From IMG/VR virus record IMGVR_UViG_3300021085_000009, positions 32,001 through 96,000 of that record: 64,000 nucleotides of DNA, one strand, 5' to 3'. The position numbers and the translations under genes are program-made. This document shows positions 46,035 to 56,300 of this stretch, piece by piece. Source of the stretch: a virus. Positions within the stretch are counted from its first letter, which is position 1; each line of letters starts with the position of its first letter. The notes under the pieces were generated by a model. It did no database searches, had not been told where the DNA came from, and saw only the letters and a list, made by a program, of their open reading frames with translations.

Positions 46035-46282
46035 TAGTATGTGCCTCCAATTATATTGAGATTTTGATTCTCTAAACTTGTTATGACTTCGTATTTACCC
46101 GAAGATCCATTTCTTTGTAGCATTCCGCCATCAGGATTTCCATTAACAGTTACGTCTGTTAGATCTCCTAGCGTTAATTCGAAATTACCAACCGTTACAG
46201 ACTTAGCTTGTATTTCTTGTTGAGCTTTAGATTTACCTTTAACTCTTCCGCCTGTCTGAATTTTTGCTTTCATGTTAGCCAT
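46034..46282 (-). CDS. Small structural adaptor (82 aa)
   Basis: LGDLTDV fibre motif, ends in IIGGTY, stop overlaps the next start. Confidence 0.7.
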   Translation of the reverse strand: MANMKAKIQTGGRVKGKSKAQQEIQAKSVTVGNFELTLGDLTDVTVNGNPDGGMLQRNGSSGKYEVITSLENQNLNIIGGTY

Positions 46283-46294
46283 TTATTCTTTACC

Positions 46295-46627
46295 TTATCT
46301 TGTTACACCTGGTGAAACTTCTACTTGTCCTTCTAAAACTCTTGTAACGACTCCTGTAGATGATGTAATTTCGACATCATATACATATCGTCCAGCCTTC
46401 ATAGCATTAGTAGTAGAAGCATCTAGAAGTAACTTAATAGTTCCAGCACTTGTATTAAATACCGTTGCAACAAAGGCTACAGCTGTAGAGGAACTAAAGT
46501 TTTTTCTAATCTGTCCTGCTACAGTGTAATTCGTTAAATTTAATATAGCATCTTCCGCATCAGTAATATCTACTTTTATATCAAAGGTACTACCTTGGTC
46601 AATATTTAAATTTGAGTATATAGCCAT
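46295..46627 (-). CDS. Conserved Ig-like virion adaptor protein (110 aa)
   Basis: NLNIDQGSTF...YTVAGQIRK...GRYVYDVEI...TRVLEGQVEVSPGVT pattern common in marine T4-likes. Confidence 0.75.
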   Translation of the reverse strand: MAIYSNLNIDQGSTFDIKVDITDAEDAILNLTNYTVAGQIRKNFSSSTAVAFVATVFNTSAGTIKLLLDASTTNAMKAGRYVYDVEITSSTGVVTRVLEGQVEVSPGVTR

Positions 46628-46637
46628 TAACTTTTAC

Positions 46638-49600
46638 CTATCTATTTATACTTTTAAGATTTTCAATCTCATCTCTAAGATATTTATTTTCTTCTTTTAA
46701 TTCTTTTATTGCTTCAATAAAGAATGCAGATAGTTGGTTATAATCTACAACTTTATGTGTCTCATCAGTACCAAGTGTTTCTACTTCTTTAACAGCACTT
46801 GGGATTACCTTTTCCATGTTTTGAGCAATTACACCAGCTGAAGCTTTACCATCTTTCTTCCAATTAAATGTTACACCATCTAATTGTGAAACTAATTCTA
46901 AGGCACCTTCAACTTTTTGGATGTTATCTTTTAGTTTAGCATCTGATGCAGTAGTATTTGAGACTGCAACAATATCGTCGGAAGCATGAAATGTTCCATC
47001 ATTGCCAAACCTGAATTCTTCTCGCATACTGCCACTTACTTCAGCATTAATACTAATCCTAGAATTGCCCGTCCCGCCGGTGCCAACAATTTCAATAGCT
47101 GGGCCCATACTGTGATCCCAATGGAAACCGCCGCCACCACTTCCCATTGAAAGTTTGGATAATCCCTGAGGATACATGTAGTAACTAGTAGTACCGATAT
47201 ATGATACATCACCTCTTAGATCGCTCTCTACACTAAATACTGTACCATTAAGATCTAATCCGCCACCTGCAGAATATGTTGTATTACTGTCTACTAAAGT
47301 AATTGTTGTATTACCTGATTGATCAACTGTAAATGCTTGATTAGATATTCCAGGTTGGACTATAGTAATTGTACCATTATTTGCCGCACTTGGTATACTA
47401 GGTTTACTCGTTAAATCACTGTAATCATAACCAGTACACCTTGATAAATCCCCTTGGAAGTTAAAGTTAACATCACCTAAGATATTTGTGCTTGGATCAT
47501 ACATCATACCAGGATCGTATTTTAATGATTTGTTTCCTGATGAGTTAACGCTTACAAACGTAGGGTAATGTACTCCAGCTGTTCCTGCAGTTTGCGTGGT
47601 ATATATGTTTGAGCTATTAGTTGCACTTGTTGCTGTAGATGCATGTGTTGCGGTATCGGCATTTCCTTCTAGATCACCATCAAATTTTGTTGCTGTAATT
47701 TCAGCAAAACCATGAAGATGAGCTGTATGTGGATTATAATTAAAGTGAGAATTGTCAGTATCAATATAAGGCCTTTGATATGATGAACCATTGAGTGTAC
47801 CAAAGTATACTTGATAATTAGCATTAGTATTTGTTTCATCAACATTAATGTTATGAGCATTTGTTGCTGTCGTTGCTGTCGTTGCTGTTGTAGCATTACC
47901 ACTTAAAGCACCACTAAATGTTGTAGCATATAGAGTATTTGTATCCATCCTTGCAGTTATTCCTGAAGTTGAATAAACATTACCCTGGGTATTAATACCA
48001 TTATGAGAACCTAAAATTCTCATAACAGTGGTACTATTATATTGGTTTACATACACCTTATCAGAATTAGTAGCATTAGTAGCATTAGTAGCACTTCCAG
48101 CTGTTGTAGCTGTTGTAGCACTTCCAGCTGTTGTAGCAGATGTGGCTGTTGTAGCATTACCTGATAAAGCACCAATAAATGTAGTCGCAGATATTGTATT
48201 ATCATTCGGCTGAAATGTTATTCCAGCAGTAGAATATAGAGTATCACCACTATGCCAAACTGCGCGGTAATTGCTGTTTGCATTTGAATCATTAACATCT
48301 ACTGTATCAGCCCAAGTAGCTGTATCAGCATTTCCTTCTAGAGCACCATCAAATTTTGTTGCTGAAATTTCAGCAAAACCATGAAGATGATTTGTGCTTG
48401 GATTATAGTTAAAGTGGCCATTATCAGTATCGATATATTGTCTATTATATCCAGCATTGTTGTTAGCACTAAATGTTACTTGGTAGTTAGTATTACCATT
48501 TGCTTCGTCAATATTAATGTTATCAGCATTTGTTGCATGACCAACACTTGTAATATCTTTACTAACAAGATCAGTAATATGTCCAAATCCATCAAGAGTA
48601 ATATCTTGGATAACATTGTTACCGCTATTATTAACACTGGCTTGACTTGAAGTATCTGCGTGAGATACGCTAAAAGTACTAGCGCCCGATTGATTAGCTG
48701 ACCAGTTAGTATCACCACCAAGAGATATACCACTGCCAGATGCTGTTGTAACTGTGGTAGTTCCGTCACCTATTACAACAGCAGCACTAGTTGCACCAGT
48801 TACGTGACCGTATGTATCAAAGGTTAAATCTTGTATAAATGTATTACCAGAATTATTAATATCAGCTTGACTTGATGTATCAGCATGATTAATAGAAATA
48901 TGATCTGATGATGCACTAACCGATAATGTAATACCAGAGTTTCCAGCATCAAGATAAAGAGTATCATTGTTATTATCTGCTACTACTGTTCCTAGTACGC
49001 TATCTGCTAAATTCCTAACTACGATATTCTTAAAGATATTCTGTGATGAACCTTTATCTGTATTTGTAACAGCAAAGGTAAGATCGAATGGATCTGCATC
49101 TGAACCAGGAGAAGTGTCTGTCCAATTAATATCAATGGATGCACCTGAACCAGCACCTTCAACGAATTTCCATTCTTTACCTTGAGTAATAGATAGTTCA
49201 GTACCATCTCCGTCTTCTACTTGGAATGATTGAATATATCTAGTATCGAAGTTTCCAGTTTGAATATTTGTTAAATGACCTCTGTCATCAACAACAAGTC
49301 CTGAAACATATATACCATTCTGTGTTGAAAGGTTACCGTATGCTCCGTTTAATGTGGAAGTATCAGAGTGATTAATTGTAATCGTATCGCCAGATCTTGC
49401 TGACTCTAGCATCGTGCCGCCATGAATAGTTAGTGTATCATTATTACTATTTGCTACAGCTGTACCGCTATCAGTTGCAATATTTTTCCAGATATACTGT
49501 GATGAACCTCTATCGGTATTATTATATGTTACAGCAAATCCTGATACGCTTTCGCTTAATCCAGCTCCTGCACTAAATGTTAAATTATCACCAGGACCAA

Positions 49601-52600
49601 AAGAAACACCCTCAATATTAGGAGTATCTAGTGTAGCAGTAGAAAGAATTAATGATCCATCTGCTTCCCATCTATCAGTTGCAAAGTTATATACAATTGA
49701 GTGAGCACCTGTTACTCCACCAGCCGCGTTACTATGAACACCAGCGAATGGTTTTGTTTCGAGTCCAAATCCGCCAGTTGTTGGTTCAGTTGAACCTAAA
49801 TTGTTACCTGCTAAAATTAAAGTATCTTCTACTTCTAGTGTTGAAACATTTAATTTAGTTTCAGTTCCATTAACATATAGATCACCTGTAACTGTTAAAT
49901 CATTTGCGATTGTTACATCATTCGGTAATCCAACAGTAACAGCTCTTCCTTCTGTTCCTGAACCAGTTACCTCAACTTCATTTGCAGTTCCTGCTATTGT
50001 TGCAACATAATTACCAGATGTTTTAGTTCCTAGTGTTACAGCATTGGTCGCAATCTTTCCAGTAGTAACTGCAAGGTTTGCAATCATTCCAGTCGCAACA
50101 CCAAGTGCTTTAACCTTTAAACCGTCCGAACTAATTTCAAGTGAAGTACCATTGAGGTTAACATCAAGATCCCAATAACCAGATAGGTCTGGTGATGTAC
50201 CAGTTTGTACCCAAGTAGTAGTAAGTCCATTACTAGCACTACTGCTAATTAAATGCCTAGCATTATAGAAGTTAACAAGAGGTGATGTTACTGTAGTACC
50301 ATCGTTCTTCATTCCAACCACTGTCCATGCTCTTGATGGATCAGCTGATACTTTTGTTTCGTCCCATTGCAGTTTAACATCGTGATCGTTACTACCAGAA
50401 ATATGATCTCTATCTACTTGTAATCCCATTTGAGTACTAATGTTAGCATCTAATTTTAAGAATGCTGATCCGAAGTTTGCAACTCCACCTGCTGATGAGA
50501 ATAACACAGTAGCATCTGAGAAATCAACCTGTGTTCCATTTCTATATTTTATTAGATCAGATCCACCATCTTCTCCGATGTTCATATTACCAGTAAAATC
50601 TATTGTAGTAGCATCGACTGATAAATTGTTATTAACTGTCATTGCATTACTGAAAGTTTTAGCTCCAGCAATTGTCTGTGCACCTGAAGTTCTAACAACT
50701 GTGCTATCAACTGATATTGATCTATTCGCTGTTAGGTTTCCAATAGTAGTAGTAATACCGCTACCGCCAGATAAAGTAATTGCTCTAAGAGTATTAAGTT
50801 CTCCATCGTTAGAAACAATAGCACCACTTAGGTTATCTAATACTCCGAATATTGTAGCAGATTTATGTGCGTGAGTTCCGCCACTGTGTGTAATACCATT
50901 TGTCGTATTAACTGGTCCAAGGTCTGCTACGATAGCTTGGATTGCGTTTGTAATATTTGTCTGTCCGTTTGTTGAGTGATCGGCAAGTGAACTAAATGCG
51001 TTACCACCAACTCCAACTTCGTCATGTAACTCGTTAAGTGCTAACTTAATATTATTAGTATTTGTAAATTTACCATTAAGGTTTCCAATATCTAATACAC
51101 CACCAATAGTAGTATTACCATCAACCTGTAGCGTAGAAGCCATATCTACTGCGCCATCAATGTCAACAACATCTAGGTTAGAAACACCATCAACATCTAA
51201 GACTCCATGAATAGTCGCATTAGTAGAAACATCTACTGAGCCGTTTAAATCTAAGTTGCCATCAATGGTTGTACCATTTAATGTTGTAGTACTATCTACG
51301 TTAAATGTTCCAGCAACTTGTGTGTTACCATTTGATTCGTCTACCTTGAAAGTAGCATTACTATATTGAGTACCACCAACTCTAAAGTTACCGTCGACAC
51401 CAACTGTTCCGTCTACTTCTAAATTTCTATCAATTTGTGTATCACCGGTTGCAGCATCAACATTGAATTTATTAGCACCTACTCTTAGGCTACCATCTAT
51501 TCCTGCTGTACCATCAACTTCTAAATTATTTTCTACTGTTACATTATTAGCAAATGTTGCATTAGCACCACTACCTGTAAGCATTGTAGTAGTACCAGAT
51601 TTAATAACTAGATTAGTACCAGAACTAGTTAAAGCACCATATTGACTAGCACCAGGACCATCATTTAATTTTATATCACCACCATCAGCATCTAATACAA
51701 TATCACCTGATGAGTTAATTGTAAATGCACCTGAATTAATTGTAAATGCATTTGAACCTGCACTAATCTCATGTGTTGATGCGTCGAATACTGATTCAAT
51801 TTCATTAACTGCACCAATTAATCCGTGAGTAGTCTGTGCAGTTGTTAATGTATAGTTACCTAAACTACCTCTTACTGCAGTTTCTATTTCGTTAATAGAT
51901 CCAACCAATGTAGATTTTACTGTTGTTCCTAATCCAGTAATATCACCAATGTCGCCTTGAATTTCTTGAATACCGGTAACAGCTGTTGTTGAAGAATACC
52001 CTGCAGCATTATTAATATCATTGTGATCACCAAGTTCAGCTCTTAATTCTTCAATAGCATCTTGGAATCCACCAGAAGATAATCCAGTAAATGATACATT
52101 AGTAGTACCATATAAATCTGTTTCGTGTTCGTTAATTGATAATACTAAATCATTAGCAGATGTAGCTAAGTTTTCAGTAACACCAACATCATCTTGAAGT
52201 TCGTTAATAGCAGCAATAACGTCCATACTAAATATTTTAATATCGTCATTGGCTGCAGCTGGTGTATTTAATTCAATACCATTTCCGTATGTTGTATCAT
52301 AGTTAACAACAGCACCATGCTTATTACCAGCAATTACTGATGATTGTCCAAGAACTCTTATATCATCACTATCAACAAATGAACCACTACTTACTTTAAG
52401 TAGCATTTCGGTTGCAGTAGTTCTTAAAATAGTACCATACCAAGCAGAAGTTGATTCTACACTTGCCTGTGTAGATAATTGGCTGCTGTGAATATAAACA
52501 GTACGGCCTTCAACAAATTCTGTTACAGTAGGATTTCCAGTTAAAGGAATCCTAGCTCTTAAATTAATACCGTGGAATCCATTTACTGCAGTTGTGCTTT

Positions 52601-53105
52601 GTGTAAGTTCAGTTCCATTTTTATAAACTCTTACAACACCTAAAGGATATGCTTCACCAATTCTACTAACAATTTTAGATGCAACAATATCTGATCCACC
52701 AGCTGTAAGTTTACTTGAAGCACTAAATGTGCCAGTAGTATTTTTAACTAAGATCTTAGTGCTATCGATAGATACGATTGTACAAGCGAATCCACCAGTC
52801 TGTGTCATCTCTACGCCAGATACAAATGATGATGGAATAGTAGGATTTCCTTTAAGAATAATATAACCACCAGTATTGTCAACTGTTTCCTGTGGTTTAA
52901 TTTCAAACCTTACAGTTTTACTGTCGTCATCGTTTCCATAGAATACTGTATCACCTGCAGTAACATTATCAAATAGATATGTTTTATCTTTTAAATTAGA
53001 ATTAAGCTGTTCATTATCGCCTAAGTGAAGAGATACTTCGTTACCCTTCTGTCTTAAACCTTCTAATGAATCTGATTGTAATACTCTAGTTTCTTTATTA
53101 GCCAT
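46638..53105 (-). CDS. Giant fibre protein (2155 aa) with segmented coiled-coil region, beta-repeats and an S74 chaperone
   Basis: xINE(L/I)...IGD heptad segments, GNATTAT repeats, and C-terminal SDAKLKDNI...GVIAQNME...IEAIKEL. Confidence 0.87.
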   Translation of the reverse strand: MANKETRVLQSDSLEGLRQKGNEVSLHLGDNEQLNSNLKDKTYLFDNVTAGDTVFYGNDDDSKTVRFEIKPQETVDNTGGYIILKGNPTIPSSFVSGVEMTQTGGFACTIVSIDSTKILVKNTTGTFSASSKLTAGGSDIVASKIVSRIGEAYPLGVVRVYKNGTELTQSTTAVNGFHGINLRARIPLTGNPTVTEFVEGRTVYIHSSQLSTQASVESTSAWYGTILRTTATEMLLKVSSGSFVDSDDIRVLGQSSVIAGNKHGAVVNYDTTYGNGIELNTPAAANDDIKIFSMDVIAAINELQDDVGVTENLATSANDLVLSINEHETDLYGTTNVSFTGLSSGGFQDAIEELRAELGDHNDINNAAGYSSTTAVTGIQEIQGDIGDITGLGTTVKSTLVGSINEIETAVRGSLGNYTLTTAQTTHGLIGAVNEIESVFDASTHEISAGSNAFTINSGAFTINSSGDIVLDADGGDIKLNDGPGASQYGALTSSGTNLVIKSGTTTMLTGSGANATFANNVTVENNLEVDGTAGIDGSLRVGANKFNVDAATGDTQIDRNLEVDGTVGVDGNFRVGGTQYSNATFKVDESNGNTQVAGTFNVDSTTTLNGTTIDGNLDLNGSVDVSTNATIHGVLDVDGVSNLDVVDIDGAVDMASTLQVDGNTTIGGVLDIGNLNGKFTNTNNIKLALNELHDEVGVGGNAFSSLADHSTNGQTNITNAIQAIVADLGPVNTTNGITHSGGTHAHKSATIFGVLDNLSGAIVSNDGELNTLRAITLSGGSGITTTIGNLTANRSISVDSTVVRTSGAQTIAGAKTFSNAMTVNNNLSVDATTIDFTGNMNIGEDGGSDLIKYRNGTQVDFSDATVLFSSAGGVANFGSAFLKLDANISTQMGLQVDRDHISGSNDHDVKLQWDETKVSADPSRAWTVVGMKNDGTTVTSPLVNFYNARHLISSSASNGLTTTWVQTGTSPDLSGYWDLDVNLNGTSLEISSDGLKVKALGVATGMIANLAVTTGKIATNAVTLGTKTSGNYVATIAGTANEVEVTGSGTEGRAVTVGLPNDVTIANDLTVTGDLYVNGTETKLNVSTLEVEDTLILAGNNLGSTEPTTGGFGLETKPFAGVHSNAAGGVTGAHSIVYNFATDRWEADGSLILSTATLDTPNIEGVSFGPGDNLTFSAGAGLSESVSGFAVTYNNTDRGSSQYIWKNIATDSGTAVANSNNDTLTIHGGTMLESARSGDTITINHSDTSTLNGAYGNLSTQNGIYVSGLVVDDRGHLTNIQTGNFDTRYIQSFQVEDGDGTELSITQGKEWKFVEGAGSGASIDINWTDTSPGSDADPFDLTFAVTNTDKGSSQNIFKNIVVRNLADSVLGTVVADNNNDTLYLDAGNSGITLSVSASSDHISINHADTSSQADINNSGNTFIQDLTFDTYGHVTGATSAAVVIGDGTTTVTTASGSGISLGGDTNWSANQSGASTFSVSHADTSSQASVNNSGNNVIQDITLDGFGHITDLVSKDITSVGHATNADNINIDEANGNTNYQVTFSANNNAGYNRQYIDTDNGHFNYNPSTNHLHGFAEISATKFDGALEGNADTATWADTVDVNDSNANSNYRAVWHSGDTLYSTAGITFQPNDNTISATTFIGALSGNATTATSATTAGSATTATTAGSATNATNATNSDKVYVNQYNSTTVMRILGSHNGINTQGNVYSTSGITARMDTNTLYATTFSGALSGNATTATTATTATNAHNINVDETNTNANYQVYFGTLNGSSYQRPYIDTDNSHFNYNPHTAHLHGFAEITATKFDGDLEGNADTATHASTATSATNSSNIYTTQTAGTAGVHYPTFVSVNSSGNKSLKYDPGMMYDPSTNILGDVNFNFQGDLSRCTGYDYSDLTSKPSIPSAANNGTITIVQPGISNQAFTVDQSGNTTITLVDSNTTYSAGGGLDLNGTVFSVESDLRGDVSYIGTTSYYMYPQGLSKLSMGSGGGGFHWDHSMGPAIEIVGTGGTGNSRISINAEVSGSMREEFRFGNDGTFHASDDIVAVSNTTASDAKLKDNIQKVEGALELVSQLDGVTFNWKKDGKASAGVIAQNMEKVIPSAVKEVETLGTDETHKVVDYNQLSAFFIEAIKELKEENKYLRDEIENLKSINR
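46643..46650 (-). promoter_or_regulatory. T4 late promoter embedded in the last codons of the 2155-aa gene
   Basis: Exact TATAAATA 15 bp before the next ATG. Confidence 0.7.
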
Positions 53106-53338
53106 TATTTACTCGCTATACTTTTTAGTAATTTCTTTATTTCTGCCATATCAGCTTTTAATGAATCGATGTCTTTACTTTGCTGAAGATCTATTTCAGC
53201 CTTTTTGGCTTTACGATCTCTTGCTTCGATTCTTGCTTCATATGCCGACCTATTAGTATTTATAACTGCACCAGTGGATAGATCTTTAACTAGGTTAGGT
53301 TCATCAACTATTTTTACTGTTTGTTTTTTTCTTGCCAT
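53105..53338 (-). CDS. Small conserved coiled-coil virion protein (77 aa)
   Basis: LVKDLSTGAVINT...DIDSLKADMAEIKKLL pattern. TAATG coupling to the fibre gene. Confidence 0.75.
   Translation of the reverse strand: MARKKQTVKIVDEPNLVKDLSTGAVINTNRSAYEARIEARDRKAKKAEIDLQQSKDIDSLKADMAEIKKLLKSIASK
53257..53264 (-). promoter_or_regulatory. Internal T4 late promoter (serves the 2155-aa fibre)
   Basis: Exact TATAAATA within the 77-aa gene. Confidence 0.6.
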
Positions 53339-53342
53339 AATT

Positions 53343-56300
53343 TTATGCCGTCGTTGCTATTGCTCTAAAGTCTCCCAACATTGGAACATTAGAGCTGTTA
53401 CGTGATCTTAGTACTACCTTAATTGCAAATTTTGAGAATGCTCCATCTACTACGCCACCTGCTAAACTATTTGCAACTGTAGGATTAATTTCAAAATGTG
53501 CTTCACTCATTCCACTATCAGATACTGGAATTGTGTTTACTGGATTAGCTGGTCTCCAATTTAACTGTGTAAAATCTGAATCGTCTGCACCTGATTGTAC
53601 TTTATAATATAAGTCAACTGAAGAATCAGCTGGCCTTGCTACTGACATATAAACATCGATTAAATCAGCTTCGTTTTCTAATTCAATTTTCTTAGTTATA
53701 TATTTAGCTAAGTTTGTAGTACCAGAAGGTTGTGTCTCAGCTACTAATCTACTATTGGTAGCATAATAAGGTGCAGTAGCGTCATTGATTCTATTTTGAA
53801 TAGTAAACAATGAAGTTCTTTCCAAATCAATGGTTGGAGATATTCTATCGTTTCCATTGTTATTTAATGTACATTTAATTTCTGTAAGTGTTGTAGCTCC
53901 ACCATTTGCATTAGGTGACATAACCATATATGGTTTTTCTGGAACAAAGTTACTATTAGGTAATATTTCAATTTGAGTTTGAGCAGTATATGATTGTTGT
54001 GTTGTACTATCTTGAGATGCTGCTGAAATACCAGTTAAATCTGTTTGTATTGAAGTTCCAGGAACTTGAGTGTTTTCCATTTTTAATACTAATGTATTAT
54101 ATAACATATTTTCAGTAGCAGTAACATTATCTCCACCGCCAAATATTCCAACTGTAGTAGCAGTTCCTGCATGTGTTATAACATATGAGTCATGTTCTAT
54201 CTCTGTAATAGTGTGAGCTTTATTGATGTGTGCTACATTAGTAATACCATTACCAGCAACATAACCAGCAATTATAACTTGATGAGATCCACTACCATAG
54301 TGTCCATGGTTAGAATGATAAACTCTAATTTTATTTGTAGCAATATATTCTAATGAATCTGGATTAAGCTTCTTAGGTTCTATTGAGTCATTGACTAATG
54401 TAACAAATTGATTAGCCGTAGTACTAAATTGGCATCTATTAAGTTTAAATTTAAGATCCTTAGTTTGCTCTGCTGTCCATGTTGAAGCATTAGCTGATGT
54501 AAAGAATACACCGTTATATGGTTGTTTATTAACTCTTTTATTTGTAATGGTTAAATCCATTCCGCCAACTTCTGATACATATACTTTATAATCAGCTGAG
54601 TTTGCAATTAATACAATAGAATACTCAGAGTCTCTTTCCAAATAAACTGGATGTTTAAATCTTATAACAGTTCCTGCTGATGCATCACTTGATATATTAA
54701 TGTTAGCTGGATAAACTGTTACGTCAGAGCCAGGTATAACCTTTTGTGTTGGATAACCATTATCAACAGATCGTATAGAAACTTCCAATGGAATGTTAGC
54801 ATCTATAGATTCAAAGAATAATTCTATCTCATTTAAAAATACACCAGCTCCTGTAGAGTCTGGATCAGTAATTGTAAATGTTTGTGCTACTGGATCTGTC
54901 CATCTGATTAGTTCAGTCGATCTTTCAAATGTAGTTCGACTAACTGCTTTACTTGCTGAACTAACTTCCCTAGTAACTAACCTTGGAACCTTAGTAGCAA
55001 TAATTGTTTTCTGATGAACTTCTAGTAATCCTTGTGCATAATAATTTGCTGATGCATAAGTATCAGCTTCTGATGAATCGTTTGTAGGGCTATCTGTTAG
55101 TTTAAATTCTCTAGTACCAGTTTTAAATTTTAGTACATCGTTTCTAGGAATAATAAATGATCCTATGCATCGACCAGCAGCATCAGTTACTAGTGCACCT
55201 GAATTAGAATCGGGATGTGCACTTTCTCCTGTATGACTTTTAACATTGCTTCTTGTTGAAAATTTAACAAATGATGATTCTTGTCTACAATAGGATGTTA
55301 CTTTAGTACCATTGAAGAAAGCATCTAGCTTTGAATTCGGCTTAAGAAGTTCTGCGTTAAAGAATATTTTTCTTGATCTAATAAATGGTATAAAGTTTGT
55401 TTCTACTACGTAATCGCCAACTTCTTTAAATTGTGTATCTGATGCAACTGAAGTTGTTAGCCCAGATCTTGATTGAGAACCAGTTTCAGTTATAGCTTTT
55501 TGAACATCTTGAACTTCAGCTCTACGGCCACCGTTTCTACCTGGTGCTACAAAACCCATAGCCTCAGCTTTGTTTCTGCTAACTAATCTTTTATTAGATG
55601 TGGTTTCTGTTACTTCTCTACCAGTCCAGTTAGTTTCCCATTCGTTCCATACTGTTCCTAATATGCCTTCTTGCTTAGCCATAGCAACGAACTGATCATA
55701 AACACTAGTATCATCTATGATAATATCTGGTCTTACATCTACTTCTTTCCATTCATCCGATGCAGGAGATAGTTCAATCTTTCCTTCCCATACAAAGATA
55801 TCATATGGATTTACAAATTCAGCATAAGTAGAAAATGGTTGATCGATATAATTAGCTGTAGTATATGGTAGTGTAACCATATCACCTGAACCAGCAAGTG
55901 TGTTTCCTTTTACTCCACTTTCGACTGAAGAGTTAACACATGTACCAGTATCATTAGACTTTCTTACAAGGTTAACGCCTCTTTCATCAAATGATGGTCT
56001 AGCAATTCCAGCATCTTTGTCAACTGAAATTTGATAATCAGGATCATTTGAATTACCAATGTTATGTCCTGTAAAGTTATCTACTATAAATCCGTTTTTA
56101 ATTCTTGGGTTTCCATCGCTATCTAGTAAAGGTGTTCCTTGTGCTGACTTTTCTAATAAAGAAAGCGATGTATAATATTCTAGTGTTTTAATTCGTTTAT
56201 CTAGCTTGCCAATATCTCTCATTGTGTATCGTTTGTTGTCAAATGGTACTGGTTTAATATCTAACTTATTGAATACGTATGGTGATATGTTTAATGTATA

